Assembly: GCA_038207265.1 (NCBI GenBank)
Contig: JBBQZZ010000014.1
Span: 47,224-111,223, forward strand
Source: Chitinophagales bacterium
GTDB taxonomy: Bacteria; Bacteroidota; Bacteroidia; Chitinophagales; Chitinophagaceae
Direction: 5' to 3'
DNA length: 64,000 nt
The notes below the pieces were generated by a model, which was not told the DNA's origin, did no database searches, and saw nothing but the letters and a program-made list of their open reading frames with translations. The translations under genes and the position numbers were made by a program. Positions 57,055 to 64,000 of the stretch are shown here, piece by piece. Position 1 is the stretch's first letter; each line of letters begins with the position of its first letter.

Positions 57055-57225
57055 ACACTACCTTATACCCCAGGTCAGTCACCGCTAAAATGTCTATATA
57101 AATCAGACATTTCTATCAATTGCATTAAACAAACCCCAGTCTTAACATAGCATTTTTTATAAAAATTTGGCAGATATATTCAATTGTGTTTAATTTTGTA
57201 CAATAAATACTTAAACATAATACAG

Positions 57226-57726
57226 ATGGCATCGATGGAGTTTAATCAACTGCTGGTAAATAATGCGGAGTTTTTGAAACCGTTTGCAATTACACTTACC
57301 CGTGATTCTGAAGCTGCACAGGATTTATACCAGGAAACATTATACAGGGCTTTGGCAAACAAAGACAAATACAATGTAGGTACAAACATCAAAGCATGGT
57401 TGTATACCATCATGCGGAATATTTTTATTAATAATTATCGCAGGAAAGCCAAACAAAATACCATCTTTGATAGTACGCCAAATGATTTCCTGCTGAACCA
57501 GTCGCAGGTTTCAACGGCAAACGCTGCGGAAAGTATTTTAAAATTAAAAGACATTCAGCAGGCAATTCATCAATTACCGGAAATTTTCCGTAATCCTTTT
57601 CTTTTGTACTTTGATGGTTATAAATACCATGAAATTGCAAACATGCTGGAGGAACCTTTGGGTACCATTAAAAGCCGTATTCACTTCGCAAGAAAATTAT
57701 TGAAAGCAGAAATTCAAAGATTCTAA
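57226..57726 (+). CDS. ECF-type sigma-70 family RNA polymerase sigma factor
   Basis: Region 2: AQDLYQETLYRAL....Y.....IKAWLYTIMRNIFINNYRR. Region 4: ...YFDGYKYHEIANMLEEPLGTIKSRIHFARKLL. Start at ATG 57226. Confidence 0.85.
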   Translation: MASMEFNQLLVNNAEFLKPFAITLTRDSEAAQDLYQETLYRALANKDKYNVGTNIKAWLYTIMRNIFINNYRRKAKQNTIFDSTPNDFLLNQSQVSTANAAESILKLKDIQQAIHQLPEIFRNPFLLYFDGYKYHEIANMLEEPLGTIKSRIHFARKLLKAEIQRF

Positions 57727-57744
57727 ATATTTATTAGCTAAAGG

Positions 57745-59229
57745 TTGGCAAACAATGTAATTGTAATAGGAAGCGGTTTTGCCGGCCTTTCGGCTGCGTC
57801 TTTCATGGCAAAGGCGGGTTGGAACGTTACTGTTCTTGAAAAGCAGGCTACCCCGGGAGGAAGAGCCAGGCAGTTAAAGGAAGATGGTTTTGTATTTGAT
57901 ATGGGACCCAGTTGGTATTGGATGCCCGATGTGTTTGAAAGATATTTTGGGTTGTTCAATAAAAAAGTGGAACAGTATTATTCAATTCAGCGGTTGGATC
58001 CTTCCTATAGAATTTACTGGCCGGATGGTTCAACCGATATGCCGGCAAACTTTGATCAATTGAAGCAACTGTTTGAATCAATAGAGCCGGGCGCTTCCAC
58101 GCAGTTAGACAAATTCATAACAGAAGCGGCATATAAATACAAAACCGGTATTCAAAAATTAGTATTCAAACCAGGGTTATCGTACAAAGAATTTCTTGAC
58201 GCAGATATCATCAGGGGTATTTTCAAACTGGATGTGTTTACTTCAATGAAAAATCATGTACATAAATTTTTCAAAAACCCGCGCCTGCGGCAAATGCTGG
58301 AATTTCCGATTTTGTTTTTAGGGGCATTGCCGGAAGATACACCTGCTTTATATAGCTTGATGAATTACGCCGATATCATTGGAGGAACCTGGTACCCGCA
58401 AGGTGGAATGTACAGTATCGTAAATGCCATGTATGAACTGGCAAAGGAACTGGGCGTTCAATTTCGTTTTAATGAAGAAGTAACCAGTATTGAAATAGAA
58501 AATAAAAACGCCAAAAAAGTTATAAGTGCATCAAATCAATACGAAACCGATGTGGTGATAGGTGCCGCGGATTATCATTTTATTGAAACCTGCCTGTTGC
58601 CGGAGAAAGCCAGGAGTTATACAGAAGCTTATTGGCAAAACAGAACAATGGCACCCTCCTGTATTTTGTACTATGTAGGTTTAAATAAGAAAATAAAAAA
58701 CATTTTGCATCATTCTTTGTTCTTTGATGTTTCGTTTGAACAGCATGCCGGTGAAATTTATACCAGCAAAAAATGGCCGGAAAATCCGATGTTTTATGTA
58801 AGCGCTGTTTCTGTATCAGATAATACCGTAGCGCCTGATGGCTGCGAAAATTTGTTTATCCTAATTCCTGTCGCAGCAGGTTTAACAGGAGATACGGAAA
58901 CCAAAAGAAATATGTATTTTGATAAGGTAATTGCGCGACTTGAAAAGCATACGGGCGAGAAAATAAAACAATCTGTTATCTATAAAAAATCATTTGCACA
59001 AACGGATTTCATACGGGAATACCATGCTTTTAAAGGCAATGCCTATGGACTGGCCAATACGTTAAAACAGACCGCAGTATTGAAACCTGTCTGCAGGAGC
59101 AAAAAAATAAATAACCTGTTTTATACCGGGCAACTAACCGTTCCCGGACCCGGCGTGCCACCCGCGTTGATCAGTGGCGAAGTGGTAGCAGGACAGGTTT
59201 TAAAACAATTTGGAAACCAACGGCAATAA
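57745..59229 (+). CDS. crtI: Phytoene desaturase
   Basis: FAD fold VIVIGSGFAGLSAASFMAKAGWNVTVLEKQ..PGGRA, ...FDMGPSWYWMP, and C-terminal LFYTGQLTVPGPGVPPALISG. Confidence 0.9.
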   Translation: MANNVIVIGSGFAGLSAASFMAKAGWNVTVLEKQATPGGRARQLKEDGFVFDMGPSWYWMPDVFERYFGLFNKKVEQYYSIQRLDPSYRIYWPDGSTDMPANFDQLKQLFESIEPGASTQLDKFITEAAYKYKTGIQKLVFKPGLSYKEFLDADIIRGIFKLDVFTSMKNHVHKFFKNPRLRQMLEFPILFLGALPEDTPALYSLMNYADIIGGTWYPQGGMYSIVNAMYELAKELGVQFRFNEEVTSIEIENKNAKKVISASNQYETDVVIGAADYHFIETCLLPEKARSYTEAYWQNRTMAPSCILYYVGLNKKIKNILHHSLFFDVSFEQHAGEIYTSKKWPENPMFYVSAVSVSDNTVAPDGCENLFILIPVAAGLTGDTETKRNMYFDKVIARLEKHTGEKIKQSVIYKKSFAQTDFIREYHAFKGNAYGLANTLKQTAVLKPVCRSKKINNLFYTGQLTVPGPGVPPALISGEVVAGQVLKQFGNQRQ

Positions 59230-59338
59230 TATATGTTCAAATAGGTGACGAGAGCAGCTTTATCATGTTGAACAAACAATTTCCGGCAGGTAATAAATAT
59301 TATTTTACTGAACGTTTCTATATAAAATTGTAGTAACC

Positions 59339-60175
59339 ATGATGCAATTATTTCATAAGGTAAGCGAGCGATGCAGCAGTGCTACCACGGAAGAATATAG
59401 TACATCATTTTTTTCAAGTATTAAGTTATTACATCCTGATCTGCGTCAGCCTGTTTTCAACATTTATGGTTTCGTAAGATTTGCGGATGAAATTGTAGAT
59501 ACCTTTCACGATTTCGATAAAGCAAGCCTGCTTGCACAATTCAAAGAAGAGACATACCTGGCTATTGAGCGCCGACTGAGCCTCAATCCTATATTGAACA
59601 GCTTCCAGCGAACGGTCAACGAGTATAAAATAGATCACCAGTTGATCGATGCGTTTTTTAACAGCATGGAAATGGATTTGAATCATCACTCACACAACTT
59701 TGAAAGCTACAATACATATATTTATGGATCTGCAGAAGTGGTAGGACTGATGTGCCTGTATGTATTTTGTGATGGCAATAAAGATCGGTATCAAAAATTA
59801 AAGTCATCGGCCAGCGCGTTGGGAGCTGCATTTCAAAAAGTAAATTTTTTGCGTGACTTAAAGGCCGATTACAGCGGGCTGAACAGGTTGTATTTTCCCG
59901 GCTGCGATTTCAATAATTTTACCCGGGAACAGAAACAAAAAATAGAAGAAGAAATTGAAAATGATTTCAGGCTTGCTTATAACGGTATTCTTCATTTACC
60001 CGTGAAAGCCCGTTTTGGCGTATATGTTGCTTATAAATATTACCTGTCCTTATTCAGAAAAATTAAAAGAATAAATCCATCCAGGATTATGGAAGAAAGA
60101 ATCCGTATCCCCAATTACCGTAAAGCCATGATTATTTTCCGGGCGGGGGTAAAAAATCAACTGAATCTTATTTGA
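59339..60175 (+). CDS. crtB: Phytoene synthase
   Basis: YSTSFFSS...L....R..VF.IYGFVRFADEIVD (first Asp-rich block), YIYGSAEVVGLM and AFQKVNFLRDLKAD. Confidence 0.9.
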   Translation: MMQLFHKVSERCSSATTEEYSTSFFSSIKLLHPDLRQPVFNIYGFVRFADEIVDTFHDFDKASLLAQFKEETYLAIERRLSLNPILNSFQRTVNEYKIDHQLIDAFFNSMEMDLNHHSHNFESYNTYIYGSAEVVGLMCLYVFCDGNKDRYQKLKSSASALGAAFQKVNFLRDLKADYSGLNRLYFPGCDFNNFTREQKQKIEEEIENDFRLAYNGILHLPVKARFGVYVAYKYYLSLFRKIKRINPSRIMEERIRIPNYRKAMIIFRAGVKNQLNLI

Positions 60176-60226
60176 AAAAATACCGTTTCATGTTGAAATT
60201 ATGATTTGTAAATTTGAACCGGCAAG

Positions 60227-60772
60227 ATGTTGAATACGCACGATATTATATTGGTAAACGAAAAAGACGAACCAATTGGTACCATTGAAAAAATGGAAGC
60301 GCACCGTAAAGCGATGCTGCACCGGGCTTTCAGTGTTTTTATTTTTAATAGCAAAGGAGAAATGCTGTTGCAACAACGTGCCCTGAACAAATACCACAGC
60401 GGGGGTTTGTGGACCAATGCCTGTTGCAGTCATCCCCGGCCCGGCCAGGAAACATCAGCGGCTGCGGAGATTCGTTTGCAGGAAGAAATGGGTTTTTCTG
60501 TAAAACTTAAGAAAATATTTGAGTTTACTTATAAATCCGAGTTTGATAACGGGCTCACGGAATACGAATTTGATCATGTTTTTACTGCTGTGTATGATGG
60601 CATCATTGCACCAAATAAGGATGAAGTGAACGATTACTGTTATAAAAGCATCGGCCAGGTTAGAGAATCCCTTCAATCGCACGCTTCAAAATATACTGCC
60701 TGGTTTCATATTGCTTTTCCCATGATAGAAAAATATCTGGAAGAAGAGCGCGTCATTAAAGAAGTGGCTTAA
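60227..60772 (+). CDS. idi: Isopentenyl-diphosphate delta-isomerase, type 1 (Nudix fold)
   Basis: LHRAFSVFIFNSKGEMLLQQRA..K.H..GLWTNACCSHP and ...EYEFDHVF. Confidence 0.9.
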   Translation: MLNTHDIILVNEKDEPIGTIEKMEAHRKAMLHRAFSVFIFNSKGEMLLQQRALNKYHSGGLWTNACCSHPRPGQETSAAAEIRLQEEMGFSVKLKKIFEFTYKSEFDNGLTEYEFDHVFTAVYDGIIAPNKDEVNDYCYKSIGQVRESLQSHASKYTAWFHIAFPMIEKYLEEERVIKEVA

Positions 60773-60782
60773 AAAATATATC

Positions 60783-61277
60783 ATGCATTGGTTAGCATAT
60801 AGCGGAATAGTATTGGGTACATTTTTAACAATGGAAGGGGTAACATGGGTCACCCATAGATTTGTAATGCATGGTTTTTTATGGTATCTGCACGAAGATC
60901 ATCATAAGAAAGGGCCGGGTGTTTTTGAACGAAATGACGCTTTCTTCATCATTTTTGCGATACCCAGTTTTTCGGCCATTTTATTTGGAACCATTGATAA
61001 AATATATTGGTTGCAGGCGCTTGGCTTTGGCGTAATGGCATATGGATTCGCCTATTTTATGATACATGATGTTATTATTCATCAGCGCATCAAATGGTTC
61101 TCAAGATCGCAGAATAAGTATATCAAAACAATTAGATGGGCTCACAAAATGCACCACAAACACCTGGAAAAGGAAGACGGTGAATCATTTGGTATGCTCT
61201 ATGTTGCAAAAAAATACTGGCAAAAAGTAAAACAGGATCGGGATTCGGCTTCTGCCCGTGGCAAACTATCTGTTTAG
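60783..61277 (+). CDS. crtZ: Beta-carotene 3-hydroxylase
   Basis: His boxes: HRFVMHG, LHEDHHK, HDVIIHQR and HKMHHKH. Confidence 0.9.
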   Translation: MHWLAYSGIVLGTFLTMEGVTWVTHRFVMHGFLWYLHEDHHKKGPGVFERNDAFFIIFAIPSFSAILFGTIDKIYWLQALGFGVMAYGFAYFMIHDVIIHQRIKWFSRSQNKYIKTIRWAHKMHHKHLEKEDGESFGMLYVAKKYWQKVKQDRDSASARGKLSV

Positions 61278-61286
61278 CAATTTTAC

Positions 61287-62474
61287 ATGAATCAAATTAA
61301 ACCTGGCGTACCGGCACTAAAAGAGTACGATTATATTATTTCAGGTGCAGGTTGCGCCGGACTGAGTTTACTCATGCGCATGATAGCGAGTAAACAATTT
61401 TCAAGGAAAAATATTTTATTGGTTGATAAAGATCGGAAAATTAAAAACGATCGCACCTGGTGTTTCTGGGATGCAGGCGATCATTTTTTTGACAGCATCG
61501 TTTATAAGCAGTGGGAAAAAATTTCTATCAGGAGCAAAAACTTTACCAAAGAATTTGATATCCGCCCCTATCAATATAAAATGATAAGAGGGATCGATTT
61601 TTACCGGCATTGTTTTTCGGTGATTGAACAGCATGCTAATATTACCATCCATTACGGATCTGTTGAGAGCGTTGAATCTGATACCAATGGAGCCTGGTTG
61701 AATTTGAATGCTGAATTAATTCACGCCAGTTATATTTTCAACAGCATATTGCCACTTCAATGGCACGCAAAACCTTCAGATATTTTCTTACAGCAGCATT
61801 TTGAAGGATGGGTAATTGAAACTGCTGCCGATGCGTTTGACGAATCTGTAGCAGTGTTGATGGATTTTAATGTTGACCAGCAATATGGAACTGCTTTCAT
61901 TTACATAATGCCTTTTTCGAAAAAAAATGCATTGATTGAATTTACTTTTTTTTCGGAAAGCGTTTTAAGCCCGCACATCTATGAGCAGGGATTGATTGAT
62001 TATCTCCAAAAATTCCTGCAAGGTAATACGTACACAATAACAGCGAAAGAAAAAGGTGTAATACCGATGACCAACTACAATTTTCCGGCACAGGAGGGTA
62101 ATATTGTAAATATGGGAACGGCAGGCGGACAAACCAAAGCATCCAGTGGTTATACGTTCCAGTTTATTCAAAAAAGAACAGCTGCCATTGTTGAAAAGAT
62201 GATCAGTGACGGGCACCCTTTTACAAAAAAGGGATTGACACCCCGCCGCTTTCAATTTTATGATTCAGTATTGCTGAACCTGCTTTTAAAAAAGAAGCCG
62301 GGCGGTGATATTATATTCAGTAAACTTTTTCAACACAACGAAGTACAAAAGATTTTTAAGTTCCTGGACAATGAAACTTCATTTGCGGAAGATGTAAACA
62401 TTATCAGCAAATTGCCGGTAATCCCCTTTACAAAAGCCGCCATTGCCCGGCTATTGCGTAGTAACAGGTTTTAG
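61287..62474 (+). CDS. crtY: Lycopene beta-cyclase (CrtY type)
   Basis: FAD/NAD fold YDYIISGAGCAGLSLLMRM, ...FEGW and ...GTAGGQTKASSGYTF. Confidence 0.85.
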   Translation: MNQIKPGVPALKEYDYIISGAGCAGLSLLMRMIASKQFSRKNILLVDKDRKIKNDRTWCFWDAGDHFFDSIVYKQWEKISIRSKNFTKEFDIRPYQYKMIRGIDFYRHCFSVIEQHANITIHYGSVESVESDTNGAWLNLNAELIHASYIFNSILPLQWHAKPSDIFLQQHFEGWVIETAADAFDESVAVLMDFNVDQQYGTAFIYIMPFSKKNALIEFTFFSESVLSPHIYEQGLIDYLQKFLQGNTYTITAKEKGVIPMTNYNFPAQEGNIVNMGTAGGQTKASSGYTFQFIQKRTAAIVEKMISDGHPFTKKGLTPRRFQFYDSVLLNLLLKKKPGGDIIFSKLFQHNEVQKIFKFLDNETSFAEDVNIISKLPVIPFTKAAIARLLRSNRF

Positions 62475-62492
62475 TAAGAAGTTGCCTGGTAT

Positions 62493-63122
62493 TTATAACA
62501 GTTTATTTTCCACGGCATACAATGTAAGATCTGCATTTGTCCTCATGTTCATTTTACCCAGGATTCTGGCGCGGTACGTACTAACAGTGGTCACACTTAA
62601 CGAACGTGAATGAGCAATATCAGAAACTGATTTTCCGGATGCGAGTAATTTCAATACTTCAAATTCACGATCAGAAAGTATTTCATGTACAGGGCGGTTA
62701 TTATCATGATCGAGCGTAGACGCCAGTTTCTCGGCTATTGAAGCGGTAATATATTTCCTGCCAGACAGTACACGGTTTACTGCATTCACCAGTTCCTCGG
62801 AAGCAGAATCTTTATTGAGGTATCCGGAAGCGCCGGCCTTTAGCACACGTATAGCATAATGTTCTTCTGCATGCATGCTCAAAATCAATACCGGTAGTTT
62901 AGGATGATACTCTTTTATCTGTTGCAAAGCTTCAAGCCCGCTTCTGCCCGGCATTGACAAATCAGAGATAACAAGATCCCAGTCATTTCTGTTAATTTTT
63001 TTCATCAGCTCTTCGGCATCTGCTACATCTTCTATGTGCGATGAAGGAAATGCTTCTATCAATATTTGTTTCAACCCCTTTCGTACAACAGAATGATCAT
63101 CGGCAATTATAATTCTTATCAT
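62493..63122 (-). CDS. Response regulator, NarL/FixJ family
   Basis: MIRIIIADDHSVVRKGLKQIL, DLVISDLSMPGRSG, GASGYLNK, and HTH LSDREFEVLKLLASGKSVSDIAHSRSLSVTTVSTYRARILGKM. Confidence 0.9.
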   Translation of the reverse strand: MIRIIIADDHSVVRKGLKQILIEAFPSSHIEDVADAEELMKKINRNDWDLVISDLSMPGRSGLEALQQIKEYHPKLPVLILSMHAEEHYAIRVLKAGASGYLNKDSASEELVNAVNRVLSGRKYITASIAEKLASTLDHDNNRPVHEILSDREFEVLKLLASGKSVSDIAHSRSLSVTTVSTYRARILGKMNMRTNADLTLYAVENKLL

Positions 63123-63265
63123 AAGTAGAGATTAAGCTGTTAATATCATTTCCCAGCAAAGATCCCCCGAAGAGAACGTTGAGCAATGCATAACTAAGCG
63201 CCCGTCCCGCAATTACATATTGATAATTCAAGTTGCATTTGCGGAAACATGAACAGGTCTTATAA

Positions 63266-64000
63266 TTAATTTAACAGTTGTTGTTGCACAGGCAAAATGA
63301 TATTGAAAACCGCTCCGGCTTCTGAGCTTCCTTCTGCATTCAGATCGCCTTGATGGTTAAGCGCAATCTTTTTACACATGGCAAGGCCAATCCCTGTGCC
63401 TTCATATTCCGACTTGCGGTGCAGCCGCTGAAAAATATGGAAGATTTTTTCCCCTTGTTCCTGTTTAAATCCAATGCCGTTATCAGTCACTTTTATTTGA
63501 ATATATTCTTTGTTTGAATTTGGTTTTAAATAAGCAATGTCGTCGGCATTTATTTTTGAGCAACTAATGCTGATAACCGGTGTTACTTCTTTTCTGCTGA
63601 ACTTTAAAGCATTGCTGATAAGATTACCGAAGAGCTGGCTCATCTGTAGCGGGATGGCTTCAATTACCGGAAGTGGGTCGTAATGTAGTTTAGCGTTCTT
63701 TTCTTCCATTAACAATTCAAAATCGCTCAGAACATTTTCTATAGTTTCATTCAGATCAACGGTGGTTACAAGTTCTGTGTTCCTGGAAATCTCGGAATAG
63801 GTCAATACATCATTTATCAGAACATTCATTCTTGAAGACGAGCTATTTATTTTATCCAAATAAATTCTTGCCTGTTCGTCAATCGTTGATGCTATGTGCT
63901 TTTCAAGCATTTGAGTGTAGGTGCTGATTTTTCTTAGCGGCTCCTGCAAATCATGTGAGGCGATATAAGCGAATTGAGCAAGTTCTGCATTTGATTTTTT
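63266..64000 (-). CDS. Sensor histidine kinase (HisKA + HATPase_c); N-terminal sensor part lies beyond the window
   Basis: My reverse-strand reading continues upstream of the track's internal Met: ...AELAQFAYIASHDLQEPLRKI (H-box). It also has NLISNALKF (N-box), DNGIGF and GTGIGLAMCKKI. Confidence 0.85.
   Translation of the reverse strand, partial: KKSNAELAQFAYIASHDLQEPLRKISTYTQMLEKHIASTIDEQARIYLDKINSSSSRMNVLINDVLTYSEISRNTELVTTVDLNETIENVLSDFELLMEEKNAKLHYDPLPVIEAIPLQMSQLFGNLISNALKFSRKEVTPVISISCSKINADDIAYLKPNSNKEYIQIKVTDNGIGFKQEQGEKIFHIFQRLHRKSEYEGTGIGLAMCKKIALNHQGDLNAEGSSEAGAVFNIILPVQQQLLN

Noticed and set aside
62475-64000. Terminal two-component system as a light or redox regulator of the crt cluster
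   Set aside because: The only evidence is adjacency and a generic SHDLQEPLR H-box. The sensor domain lies outside the window, so no functional link can be supported.

Overview
The window looks like a chromosomal segment from a Bacteroidota genome, probably Chitinophagia or Sphingobacteriia. The evidence is a UpxY-type NusG paralogue, TAnnTTTG promoter boxes, a TonB-dependent receptor with a CarboxypepD_reg-like N-terminus, and GxxExxY and DUF559 mini-genes. There are five blocks. (1) 1-5.2 kb is a damage-tolerance neighbourhood: umuD-umuC split by a decayed DUF559 cassette, a divergent LigT-like 2H phosphoesterase, a GxxExxY nuclease-fold gene embedded in a short-repeat family, and a PA0069-type radical SAM gene. 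(2) 5.3-8.0 kb holds a lipoprotein, a 7TM protein and a NarL-type two-component system. (3) 8.2-17 kb holds a TonB-dependent receptor and an amino-sugar/MurNAc salvage-like set: an AmgK-like kinase fused to a RapZ C-terminal domain, a MurU-like nucleotidyltransferase, a metallophosphoesterase and a NagX/HGSNAT-like membrane protein. (4) 17.8-56 kb is one co-directional ~38 kb polysaccharide locus. It combines UpxY, Wza, Wzc and a CpsB phosphatase with an ABC exporter (Wzm/Wzt, with a C-terminal extension), about four methyltransferases, about 13 glycosyltransferase-type genes, a WbpB/D/E plus HisH/HisF/amidotransferase module, AsnB-like and carbamoyltransferase genes, two gmd paralogues and fcl. 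No Wzx flippase or initiating phosphotransferase is visible. (5) 56-62.5 kb is a CarH/LitR-type B12 photoreceptor, an ECF sigma and crtI-crtB-idi-crtZ-crtY (zeaxanthin), followed by a convergent two-component system that runs off the window. No rRNA, tRNA, CRISPR, transposase or integrase was recognised. The points most worth follow-up are the hybrid export architecture with a composition break inside wzt, the AmgK-RapZ_C fusion, the UmuD homologue lacking its catalytic dyad, and the repeat families that bracket small nuclease-fold genes. All calls come from reading the sequence and translations by eye; no searches were run.
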